From Candidatus Saccharimonadales bacterium (GTDB lineage Bacteria > Patescibacteriota > Saccharimonadia > Saccharimonadales > JAXHNE01), in NCBI GenBank assembly GCA_041600755.1, contig JBFIJL010000002.1:80850-144849 (forward strand): 64,000 nucleotides of DNA. The letters are read 5' to 3'. This document shows positions 29,033 through 37,435 of the stretch, piece by piece. Every line of letters begins with the position of its first letter. The first letter of the stretch is position 1. The position numbers and the translations under genes were made by a program. The notes below the pieces were generated by a model that worked only from the letters and a program-made list of their open reading frames with translations, was not told the origin of the DNA and searched no databases.

Positions 29033-29278
29033 ATGACCATGAATGACGACCAGCTAAATGATTTAAAACAGTTTATAGATTCACGAATCTCACAGTCTGT
29101 TGAAAATCTAGCCTCAAAAGATGATATAAAAACCCTAGCCTCAAAAGATGATATAAAACGACTCGAACAAAAGGTAGACGACGGATTCTCTGGAGTTGGT
29201 GAAGCAGTTGATGAAGTGAATCAAGCCTTAACTAACCACGAACAACGTGTAACAAAACTAGAAGCCAAAATAGCTTAA
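29033..29278 (+). CDS. Hypothetical 81-aa coiled-coil protein with an internal 9-aa tandem duplication
   Basis: LASKDDIKT/LASKDDIKR is encoded by a 27-nt period repeat (29108-29158). Confidence 0.5.
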   Translation: MTMNDDQLNDLKQFIDSRISQSVENLASKDDIKTLASKDDIKRLEQKVDDGFSGVGEAVDEVNQALTNHEQRVTKLEAKIA

Positions 29279-29306
29279 TACCCAGAGCCAAGACATAATA
29301 AACCGG

Positions 29307-29361
29307 GTCAGAACTGTGAAAATGGTTCTGGCTTTTCTGCACCCGGAATAGAATTAAAGCC
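29307..29361. repeat. Module M4, copy a (55 bp: terminator hairpin plus tail)
   Basis: gtcagaactgtgaaaatggttctggcttttctgcacccggaatagaattaaagcc. The partner is at 30517-30571 (3 mismatches). A partial copy is at 26830-26848. Confidence 0.9.
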
Positions 29362-29369
29362 AACAAGTT

Positions 29370-29930
29370 CTATTTCTTGATTATCGACTGAACCATTGTT
29401 TCTCGGAGATTTTGAGAGTAAGTTTCTACTTCTGAGAAATCTGGTAACGACAATATGGATCTAACTGCTCCCGAGGCAGTGCTAAAAGCAACAAACATTG
29501 CTTCTTTTTTACTAACACAAAGCAAATCTGCATCATCTAGCTTAAGCAATAGGTCGGTAAATCCTTTGTGGGCTATTCGAGCAGCAGGTGTGAATTGCCC
29601 AGCATATACATCGCCATACATTATCTCGTATAAATCAGGGTTCTTTGCGCCAAACTTTACATGGAAATCCCATCCAATTCGAAGATCGTCTACTAGGCTT
29701 TTGCTACTACTCGGTAGCTCGGTAGCCATATACCTTTTAAATCCTTGTTCTGCTAAAGAATTCAGAAGTCCTTGTTTATCCTCAAATATTCTATATATAG
29801 TAGGGGCTTGAACGCCGGCTTTGTCTGCAACTTTGCGAATACTAAGCTCGTCACGTCCAATATCTTGAAGCACTTTCTCTGCTGCCTCAAGAATTTTGGT
29901 GCGATTCTTCTCTTGGATAGATGTGTTCAT
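29370..29930 (-). CDS. TetR/AcrR-family transcriptional regulator
   Basis: N-terminal HTH: ILEAAEKVL...SIRKVADKAGVQAPTIYRIFEDKQGLL. Confidence 0.85.
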   Translation of the reverse strand: MNTSIQEKNRTKILEAAEKVLQDIGRDELSIRKVADKAGVQAPTIYRIFEDKQGLLNSLAEQGFKRYMATELPSSSKSLVDDLRIGWDFHVKFGAKNPDLYEIMYGDVYAGQFTPAARIAHKGFTDLLLKLDDADLLCVSKKEAMFVAFSTASGAVRSILSLPDFSEVETYSQNLRETMVQSIIKK

Positions 29931-30031
29931 GGCTTTAATTATAATCCTAGTTGTTTAACAATAAACGCTCATGGTAATATTAATAGTGTTAACGCTGTTA
30001 ACACTATATCAAGAATGAAAGGAAAGAAACA

Positions 30032-30448
30032 ATGTTTGACGTAGTAGGAGATATAAATTGGATTGCTGTTGTATTGGGTGTAGTTGCTTGTACGGTTTTG
30101 GGTGGAGCTTGGTTCGCTGGATTAATGGCGAAGCCGTATGCAATGGCACTTGGACTTGATCCAAAGAAAAAACCAGAAATGAATACACTGTCTTACGTCG
30201 GACCCATGATTAGTACTTTTTTCGTTGCAGTAACAAGTGCAGTATTGTTTGAAGCTCTAGGAATTGTGGAATTTGGCGATGCTCTTATATTCAGCCTTGT
30301 TGTCGGTGTTGGATATCTTGTTGCAACTATGTTTAATGTTGCTATCAACCCAAAGTTTCCGAACCCGACTGCCTACGCTGTAGTAAATGCGCCATACTTC
30401 TTGCTCTGTAGCGTGATAATAAGCTCCATCTATGTTGCAATAAATTAG
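30032..30448 (+). CDS. Small polytopic membrane protein (DUF1761-like)
   Basis: INWIAVVLGVVACTVLGGAWFAGLMAKPY plus three further TMs. Divergent from the TetR gene. Confidence 0.5.
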   Translation: MFDVVGDINWIAVVLGVVACTVLGGAWFAGLMAKPYAMALGLDPKKKPEMNTLSYVGPMISTFFVAVTSAVLFEALGIVEFGDALIFSLVVGVGYLVATMFNVAINPKFPNPTAYAVVNAPYFLLCSVIISSIYVAIN

Positions 30449-30516
30449 ACTAAACTGTCTTTTTTATGCAAGCACAATTACTGTAGCAATGCATGAAGCA
30501 ACTACAAGAAAACAAA

Positions 30517-30571
30517 GTCAGGACTGTGAAAATGGTTCTGGCTTTTCTGCGCCCAGAATAGAATTAAAGCC
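30517..30571. repeat. Module M4, copy b
   Basis: See 29307-29361. Confidence 0.9.
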
Positions 30572-30591
30572 TAGACTATTATTGCGCTGTG

Positions 30592-31020
30592 TTAGCACGT
30601 TTCCTGACAGTCTTGACAGTAGCCGTCCACCTCAAACTGGTGCCTGCGTGGCTTAAAGTTAAACTTCTTTGAAACTTCCTCTATGAAGTCGTCGATATGT
30701 TTCTCGTCATCAATATCTATAATCTTGCCGCAATCAAGGCAACTTAAGTGATGATGGTGGGCCATAAAGTCATCGGACAGCTCTATTTTATACTTCCAGC
30801 CAACATACACTCGGTGAACAATTCCTAGCTTCTCAAAAACTTCTATATTGCGATATATGCTTACGCGGTCTACCTTGCCATTTGCCTTGGCAAGTATCTG
30901 TCTAATGGATTGCGGCTCGGGACTACTGAGCAACTTAAAAATAGCGGTACGAGCATCTGTAATCCTATAGCCGTTGCTGCTAAGTATCTGCTTTAAATTG
31001 TTTATATCGTCAGTTGACAC
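30592..31020 (-). CDS. Fur-family metalloregulator (Fur/Zur/PerR)
   Basis: Winged helix (SIYRNIEVFEKLGIVHRV), HHHLSCLDCGKI and a C-terminal CQDCQ metal site. Confidence 0.85.
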   Translation of the reverse strand: MSTDDINNLKQILSSNGYRITDARTAIFKLLSSPEPQSIRQILAKANGKVDRVSIYRNIEVFEKLGIVHRVYVGWKYKIELSDDFMAHHHHLSCLDCGKIIDIDDEKHIDDFIEEVSKKFNFKPRRHQFEVDGYCQDCQETC

Positions 31021-31036
31021 GTTTCAATTGTACTGC

Positions 31037-31059
31037 CTATTGCAACAAAATTGCAATAG
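31037..31059. promoter_or_regulatory. Perfect 9-5-9 palindrome, candidate Fur-family operator
   Basis: CTATTGCAA-caaaa-TTGCAATAG lies between the Fur-family gene start (31020) and the divergent gene start (31086). Confidence 0.5.
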
Positions 31060-31085
31060 CAAAAATACTGGTCTATGCTGTTTTT

Positions 31086-31931
31086 ATGACAGAAATTATT
31101 ACACAATCCAGAGTCGAAGATGCTATCGCCAACACAAATGCCTTTTTAGGATCGGAACGTGGGGCAAGCATTGACGGCGATTTTGCAGGTCATCAGGTAG
31201 CAGAACGGGTCGCAACAGTAAAAGACCGTGCAGAGGCAGTATTATGCTCAGTGTCGCACCCAAAGCTAGATGGCTTGTACGTTCCATTAAGTAAACATAA
31301 CGCCAATAGCTACGCAGAAGCAGCCGCTGTATTGCCAGGCTACCTTGTTCTTGTACCATCGGCATTGGTAGAGCGTGGTACATCCGTGTTCTATCCTGCT
31401 GTTGTTAGCGAAGACGGCCTTAAGAGTGATAACTTACGCTTGCACGTATTAAGACAGCCCTATCGCCAACAGGTTCGTTACGGTGCGTCTATGGTTTTAT
31501 CGGCTGCTGGTCAGTCAGAAACAAAAAGTATTGGCGAACACGGACGAAAACGCAACGATGGCGTTGAAGCAGAGCATTTTGCGACTTTGCTTGCTGCTGG
31601 CAGCGATGCAAGTGTTCAGGCTGCGTGGCAGTCCGGTCAGCACGTCAATCATACGTGGCGTGAACAGGCGGGCAATTCTGTAACTGCCGAGGTTTCAAAA
31701 CGACTTTTTGGATCAGATATGCCGCAAACCACTATCACAATTACAAAGCGACAAATCGAAACAGGACAAGCGATGTTGTTATGGCATGAGGGCATGAGGG
31801 ATGAGCAAACAGGCAATCCCGAAACCGCTGCACGAGATAAAGCATTGGTCGTCATTCAGGGTCTAGGCTATGAGGCGTTACGCAATCGTAGTCCACAAGG
31901 TATCGATAACGTGAAGAGGTTGATTGCGTGA
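31086..31931 (+). CDS. Hypothetical 281-aa protein
   Basis: The track ORF starts at 31014. Met at 31086 (MTEIITQ) avoids overlap with the Fur-family gene and the palindrome. No recognisable motif. Confidence 0.5.
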   Translation: MTEIITQSRVEDAIANTNAFLGSERGASIDGDFAGHQVAERVATVKDRAEAVLCSVSHPKLDGLYVPLSKHNANSYAEAAAVLPGYLVLVPSALVERGTSVFYPAVVSEDGLKSDNLRLHVLRQPYRQQVRYGASMVLSAAGQSETKSIGEHGRKRNDGVEAEHFATLLAAGSDASVQAAWQSGQHVNHTWREQAGNSVTAEVSKRLFGSDMPQTTITITKRQIETGQAMLLWHEGMRDEQTGNPETAARDKALVVIQGLGYEALRNRSPQGIDNVKRLIA

Positions 31932-32410
31932 ACACACTGGAGCACGCCCCACTGTTTGAAGAAATGCCAGACTTTGGCATGGAAGAGTTCGGCATGAACG
32001 AAGACTTTGATTTAAATGCCGCCTTTCAAGAAGCTATTGTTGGCGTAGCTAGTGATACCGTGCTGGCTTTAGAAGAAAAAGTGCGACGTATGGAAATGAT
32101 CGTCAGTGAGGGTACGAGCGAGGTGTATCGCGACTTTGTAGACTTCAGTCAAATGGCGGCCCAGATGGAAATTATATGCAATCACGACCACGTGCTCAAT
32201 CAGTCTATGCAAGACAACGACACGCTGTATAATCTAATGGACAGTCACAAAGCAGACGATGGACATAATCACGGCGACAGCTTGCACGGCAAACACGATC
32301 ATAAAAAGGATGACGACGAATACGAAATAGACCCAAAGACCGGCAAGAAGACCAAGAAAAAGAAACGCACTGGTTGGTTTTCGATGCTAATGAAGAAAGC
32401 GCTGCATTAA
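31928..32410 (+). CDS. Hypothetical acidic protein with a His/Asp-rich segment and basic tail
   Basis: GTGA overlap with the upstream gene. Contains HKADDGHNHGDSLHGKHDHKKDDD, then KKTKKKKR. Confidence 0.5.
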   Translation: MNTLEHAPLFEEMPDFGMEEFGMNEDFDLNAAFQEAIVGVASDTVLALEEKVRRMEMIVSEGTSEVYRDFVDFSQMAAQMEIICNHDHVLNQSMQDNDTLYNLMDSHKADDGHNHGDSLHGKHDHKKDDDEYEIDPKTGKKTKKKKRTGWFSMLMKKALH

Positions 32411-32482
32411 CGAGCAGAAGGCAAGTCTTGTTTAGCTATTGCTATATCTTACTCTATCGATGCGAGCAAATTTATAATATAG

Positions 32483-32673
32483 GCTACAGTGCATAGGCCA
32501 AAAGCATGTCTTGCATATATAACAGCTCGCGATCTACACGCAGTGTACGCCGCAACTGTGGATTCATTGGTACGAAACCATTCATTCGTGGACGGCAATA
32601 AATGCACGGGGCTAATGACGGCAGTTGTTATTACGAACTAAATGGCTGCACACTCATGCAAAAGATGCATTAG
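32483..32673 (+). pseudogene. Doc/Fic-family toxin remnant (frameshifted, no start codon)
   Basis: Hand translation ...ARDLHAVYAATVDSLVRNHSFVDGNKCTGLMTAVVITN* carries the Doc core motif H-x-F-x-D-G-N-K. The next expected segment (ELNG...) continues in another frame. Confidence 0.45.
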
Positions 32674-32903
32674 GCGCCGGCGCCAAGAATAACTAGTGTT
32701 AGTTATCCTATTGGATGAAGCTCTACATTCTCGCCATAACCGCCGCACTTCTAATGCTCCCTTTTCTCTGAGGCTCGCAGAAAGCTATGTAAATTTAGTT
32801 TTAGTATTAGCTAAGAGTATCGATATTTCATATCCTCAATCGATCCATGTCTAATAGTTAAAACTAGTTCTATGAATATTCTAATAGGAACGGTTACGGC
32901 GGC

Positions 32904-35006
32904 CTACTGGTGAGTCCAGTCGGTCCAGCCCATCAGCTTACCTTCACTAACTCCAACTTTAGTAGAGTAGCTAGTCCCGTAGTACTTGTTGACTACCCAC
33001 ATTTGCCACTCGTCGTCGCCTGAAGCAGGATTGTTATTTACTTTATAGAGCCAGTTGTATGCACGAAGCATGGCACTGTCTTGATAGGTTGAGGATATCA
33101 TTCCTGCACGTTGAAGTACGACATCTGCAATCAGAGCACCCTGCATAGCCTCCCAAGGATAGCTGCCCTTAGGTGCTGGCCATTCGAAGCCACCTGTACG
33201 TCTCTGATCTTCTGGCAGAACTCCATCTACATTTTGCCCCTGAATCGTGGCGCCTCGAGAATTTATGCCTTTTTTAGAGTTCTGGTCAGCGTGCCATGAC
33301 TGGTCTTCTCGGAAGCCATAGCCGGAGTAGGCTGCCCGGTCTCCGAGCCATCCTTTGTGCCATTTCGTAATATTGTCGAGCTCTGTTTGATTTCCTGTAT
33401 AGACTGCAGCTGATGCGTACGATCCACGACACATAGTGCCCCAGTTGTTAGTTGATTCTGATGCAGTACCCCTCACACCGTCTCCAGTGTGTCCTCGTAG
33501 TCCAGTACTAGTCCCAAACATCCACTTTGTGAGGAAATTTCTAAAAGTAGCATCAAAACTAGGATCGACGCTCTTTAGATTTACGACATCAGCTGCAATG
33601 ATATAACTATTGATGTTACGGCAAAAATCTAGGGCAGAGGTACTTCCTCCGACAATTCCGCGTTCAATCTCATTTGCAACTCTACTCATTTCTGCACCGT
33701 TATTGGTACGCACAGCGTGATAGGCCAGTGCAAGCGTTGATGTGTCGTGCTTGTTGGTGTTATCGCTGAAATCTGGGGATGGAAGACTGCCGGATGCTTT
33801 GCTTTCAATCTGCTTCCAAGCGTCACCACTCATAGGCAGCGCCATTATCTCATCACGTGATATCCAAATACCTGATGTACTCGTTGGCTGTGGCGCTGGT
33901 TCAGAAGGAATAGTTGGGGGAGGGGGGCTATTAACATTATCTACGGTTACAGCAATACTGGCTTGACTCGTATTACCGTTATTGGCAAATGCCTTGGCAG
34001 TTATATTATGAGTGCCATTCGAAACATTTTTGGTGTCCCAAACTGCCCTATATGAACTGGTGGTATCACTTCCCACAAGTGTACTTCCTGCATAAAACTC
34101 AACTTTTTGTATGCCGCTAGCATCTGTGGCGCTAGCAGTTATAGATACTTCACCGCTGACAACTCCCGCGTTTGGACCAGTTATTGCAACTGCTGGCTTT
34201 TGGGTTTCACTCATAGGATAGCTGACGTCCACAGTAAAGCCTTTTTCTGACTCAATATTTCCATCCCAGCTTACTTCTATGATTACCGTGCCTTCGTTTA
34301 CGCTTGCCGATATTGTTTTCGAGGTATTTCCTGAACCAATATCTTCGGAGGCAAGGGTCATTCCGTCATCATCAAAAAGGCTTATCCGCATTTTGGTGTT
34401 CTTCTTATTGTTCGGCGTAAGCGTAGCTTCTATGTTTCCGGACGCTACGTTCAAGCTGAACTGTTTCGTTGGGTTGCTAGGGCTAATGCTACCCTCGAAT
34501 TTATTGCCATCAGGCTGCTCCTGGTCGACTTCATCAATAGGATATGCAATATCAAGCGTAAATCCCTTTTCGGACTGCAATTCTCCATCATAACTGACAG
34601 TCACGATATGCTCACCAGCGGCTACATTGACCGACACAATGGTAGATTTATTGTCTTTTCCGACGTCGTCCGAGGCAAGTAACTTGCCGTCTTTATCATG
34701 AATACTGACGCGCATTTTTATATTCTTGCGGTTTCTGGGGGTTAGTTTTGCCTCAAGTTCACCGACTCCTGTCACCAATTGGTAACTGGCTTTTGGCTGA
34801 CTGGGACTAATAGTGCCCTTATAGGTTACTGATGTAGAGACGGCACCTGCATAGATCAAACCAAGTAAACCGATTACACCAAATACCGCTGCGAATACAG
34901 CAACTCTTGGCATTTTCATTATTCTGCTAGCTAGTGAAGGTTTCTTAGATTTTTTATTTTTAGTAGAACCTTTGCGTGACGGTTTTTTGGTTTGAGATTT
35001 TGCCAT
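32904..35006 (-). CDS. Large secreted/anchored protein: Lys-rich N-terminus plus TM, two tandem ~130-aa beta-domains, an Ig-like domain, a Pro-rich linker and a C-terminal alpha-rich domain (possible polysaccharide lyase-like)
   Basis: Internal duplication: YKGTISPSQPKASYQL...KGFTLDIAYPIDE versus FEGSISPSNPTKQFSL...KGFTVDVSYPMSE. Ig-like region: VSITASATDASGIQKVEFYAGSTLVG...THNITAKAF. The C-terminal assignment is weak. Confidence 0.65.
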   Translation of the reverse strand: MAKSQTKKPSRKGSTKNKKSKKPSLASRIMKMPRVAVFAAVFGVIGLLGLIYAGAVSTSVTYKGTISPSQPKASYQLVTGVGELEAKLTPRNRKNIKMRVSIHDKDGKLLASDDVGKDNKSTIVSVNVAAGEHIVTVSYDGELQSEKGFTLDIAYPIDEVDQEQPDGNKFEGSISPSNPTKQFSLNVASGNIEATLTPNNKKNTKMRISLFDDDGMTLASEDIGSGNTSKTISASVNEGTVIIEVSWDGNIESEKGFTVDVSYPMSETQKPAVAITGPNAGVVSGEVSITASATDASGIQKVEFYAGSTLVGSDTTSSYRAVWDTKNVSNGTHNITAKAFANNGNTSQASIAVTVDNVNSPPPPTIPSEPAPQPTSTSGIWISRDEIMALPMSGDAWKQIESKASGSLPSPDFSDNTNKHDTSTLALAYHAVRTNNGAEMSRVANEIERGIVGGSTSALDFCRNINSYIIAADVVNLKSVDPSFDATFRNFLTKWMFGTSTGLRGHTGDGVRGTASESTNNWGTMCRGSYASAAVYTGNQTELDNITKWHKGWLGDRAAYSGYGFREDQSWHADQNSKKGINSRGATIQGQNVDGVLPEDQRRTGGFEWPAPKGSYPWEAMQGALIADVVLQRAGMISSTYQDSAMLRAYNWLYKVNNNPASGDDEWQMWVVNKYYGTSYSTKVGVSEGKLMGWTDWTHQ

Positions 35007-35282
35007 TTGATTAATCCCTATCTTTGTGCTTATGGTTTACATATATGTCAATAATACTACAAAGTCGTAATTATCCACAATATTAATTATTCAAACGGCA
35101 ATTTTAGACATTTTTGGCAATACGCATACGAATCAGGCTGCATGAGTGTAATACGTTCGAGATTCTGAGTCTGTACTGGAAAAGGTCCTATAAAATTGAT
35201 AGAACTGGATTTGCCGACACTAACAAACTTAAGCAGTAGAAATGCGTGAAATACACTTGAATCGTGACATAATTAAATAGAT

Positions 35283-35588
35283 ATGGACATGCACGACAAA
35301 CACAATTGTGACGATAGCGAGTGTGATGTTGTGCATCCAAGCCGTGCTAAAGAAAAGAAAATTGAGATAATTGATGGCTACACTATTAAGTATCATGCGA
35401 ATGGCAAATCCCGTTGGTCAAAAGGTAAAATCATTGACGGCAAAACCGACGGCTATTGGGAATGGTACCGTCCAGACGGCACATTAAAACGTTCAGGCAA
35501 CTTCAAGATGGGCGAAGCAGTCGGCGAATGGATAACGTACGACAGCAACGGCAAGACGTATAAAACAACCCACAGAGGCAATAATTAG
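35283..35588 (+). CDS. MORN-variant repeat protein (YwqK-like)
   Basis: Repeats GKTDGYWEWYRPDGTLKRSGNFKMGEAVGEWITYDSNGK. Confidence 0.7.
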   Translation: MDMHDKHNCDDSECDVVHPSRAKEKKIEIIDGYTIKYHANGKSRWSKGKIIDGKTDGYWEWYRPDGTLKRSGNFKMGEAVGEWITYDSNGKTYKTTHRGNN

Positions 35589-35700
35589 TACTCGCTAAGT
35601 TCTCCCCATAACTTTCTTGCAACTTGCTCCGTTGCTGCTATTTACCAACTTTCCAAAGAACATATTGCCACCCACCCCAAAAATTGTTCTTTTCTATCTT

Positions 35701-36132
35701 CTAGTTAATTGGTACGCTCCTTTTTTTGGCCGCTATGGCCTTTTTATCTATCGGCATCTTAACAGTGAGCACACCATCACTGTAGTTGGCTTCAATCTTG
35801 TCATTCTTGACACCTTCGGGCAGAGCTACTCGTCGCCAAAAACGATTACTACTTTCACGACGATAATATCGGCGATTCTTTTTCTCCTCGTCTTTTTCCT
35901 CGTGTTCAGCTGTTATTTCTAGCATGTCATTTTCGGTGGTCACGCTTATTTCTTTCTTTGTGAAATTAGGCATTGTGAACTCAGCAACTACATTTCCATT
36001 CTCTTCATACATGTCCATGGTTGACCAGTCCTGCTGTAAGGGAAAGAAATCCATGTCTTGGTCCCAAAGTTTGTTTAAGTCTCTTTGTATTTTTTGCACC
36101 TCGCGGAACGGATTGTATTTAATTAATTGCAT
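35701..36132 (-). CDS. Hsp20/alpha-crystallin small heat-shock protein
   Basis: MDMYEENGNVVAEFTMPNFTKKEISVTTENDMLEITAEH...FWRRVALPEGV...ANYSDGVLTVKMP. Start chosen at Met 36132, preceded by AAGGAGG. Confidence 0.9.
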   Translation of the reverse strand: MQLIKYNPFREVQKIQRDLNKLWDQDMDFFPLQQDWSTMDMYEENGNVVAEFTMPNFTKKEISVTTENDMLEITAEHEEKDEEKKNRRYYRRESSNRFWRRVALPEGVKNDKIEANYSDGVLTVKMPIDKKAIAAKKRSVPIN

Positions 36133-36295
36133 CTCGGCCTCCTTTGGCAAGCTTAATTGACTTCTTCCAGCGCCTTTCTTGTAATCTCTTTGCGCGCTTT
36201 TGCCATTTATTGTTGGTAAATTCCCGTTCCTTGTAGTCACTTATTTCTGTGTCATGTGCTTTTAATTTTTGAGTTGTGTGATTAGATCTACTCAT
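36119..36295 (-). CDS. Possible small basic protein between the 147-aa ORF and hsp20
   Basis: MSRSNHTTQKLKAHD...KRAKRLQERRWKK, with GAGGA upstream. It overlaps the hsp20 start. Low information. Confidence 0.3.
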   Translation of the reverse strand: MSRSNHTTQKLKAHDTEISDYKEREFTNNKWQKRAKRLQERRWKKSIKLAKGGRDAIN

Positions 36296-36340
36296 GTTCC
36301 TGTCCTCGTTTAGCTTATTGGCGATTCTTAGATTCAGCAC

Positions 36341-36784
36341 TTATTCATTAATAAATCCATCCTCCTTTTTCTCATCATTAGTTGCATCGAACAGATGAAG
36401 TGGCAGTTTCGTTCGCTTTCGTGACTGTCGGGTAAATCTCTTTTTTCCAGTAATTAAGTCTTTGGTAGGGATTATCCGCGCGCGTTTCTTTTCTTTTCCT
36501 GGTAGTCCTGTGAGCAACAAGTAGCTCTGCCACACATTCTCTCCTGCTTCGAGTTCTAGATGCTCTAAATCTGTAACGTTTGCCTCCCCCTTGACGTCAT
36601 ACAGCTTAAAATTACCAACACTCAAAATAGCATCGGTTTCGTGTTCTCTATGTGATGCGACAAGAATCTCGCCAATGCCTTTGGCGTTAATCCATGCAAA
36701 AGTGGAGCCGTCTAGAGTCAACATCTTTGTATCGGCTTTTGTTTCGATAAGTCGGTACTCCCCTGAGCTTATCAATGAAATCAT
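36341..36784 (-). CDS. Hypothetical 147-aa protein, first gene of the hsp20 cluster
   Basis: GGGAGGTG Shine-Dalgarno. No recognisable motif. Confidence 0.5.
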   Translation of the reverse strand: MISLISSGEYRLIETKADTKMLTLDGSTFAWINAKGIGEILVASHREHETDAILSVGNFKLYDVKGEANVTDLEHLELEAGENVWQSYLLLTGLPGKEKKRARIIPTKDLITGKKRFTRQSRKRTKLPLHLFDATNDEKKEDGFINE

Positions 36785-36834
36785 TTACACCTCCCATTGT
36801 TCGCAGTACACACTGTGCAGGAAAAGTCAGAAAA

Positions 36835-36880
36835 CTTCTGTGAGTCTGCGCACACTACTTCTGTGAGTCTGCGCACACTG
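36835..36880. repeat. Perfect tandem duplication of a 23-bp unit upstream of the hsp20 cluster
   Basis: cttctgtgagtctgcgcacact(a) occurs twice, at 36835-36857 and 36858-36880. Confidence 0.9.
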
Positions 36881-37435
36881 CCTAGATGGACAAGAAGCAC
36901 ATAAATTGATTCATAAGTTGTGCTAGGGGAGGCAGTTGAAATATTGAGGCTATTCAAAGACAAGTTCCATGGTTAGCCCGAAAATTCTGAAAACTTTTTA
37001 ATTAGAATAGGTGCTTGGCTGCACCACTATACTTTTTGGCAATTGTGACTTTTGTTTTTTCCGACCGGTCAATTCGACATCAAACTAAAACTTCATCCCG
37101 TACTACAGTGGGGGGGACTTTCTAACACTCTTACTACAATTATCGACACAAGCTGCCCTGCAGAACTACCGGGAGATTTTGCAAAGTTCGCACTACCGAT
37201 GTATATGATTGTGCTCTACACCGCCAGCCTAATCTTATGGACCGGCCGTTACGCATTTAAACGAAATTCAGGCAGCAAAGCTGAGCGACCGAATGATCCA
37301 TCGACACCATAGGCATAAGGCAGGTTTGCGATCCGCTCATTTTGTTAATTATTTTAAGGATTCTCGAAAGGCATCCTTCTCAATCTGGAAATTCCTGCTA
37401 TAATCACAAGCAATACGACAAATGAGGAGGGTAAC

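Noticed and set aside
16627-30571. The repeated modules as a CRISPR array
   Set aside because: The repeats belong to four different families, each with two (M4 three) copies. They range from 55 to 173 bp, are irregularly spaced by 0.1-10 kb, and no cas genes are present.
16460-31100. Search for an integrase, excisionase or transposase to explain the island and cassettes
   Set aside because: No ORF in this interval shows tyrosine-recombinase (R..HxxR..Y), serine-recombinase or DDE motifs. I therefore do not claim an autonomous mobile element.
35617-36160. Plus-strand ORFs of 101 and 78 aa
   Set aside because: They are antisense to the well-supported Hsp20 gene and have hydrophobic low-complexity composition.
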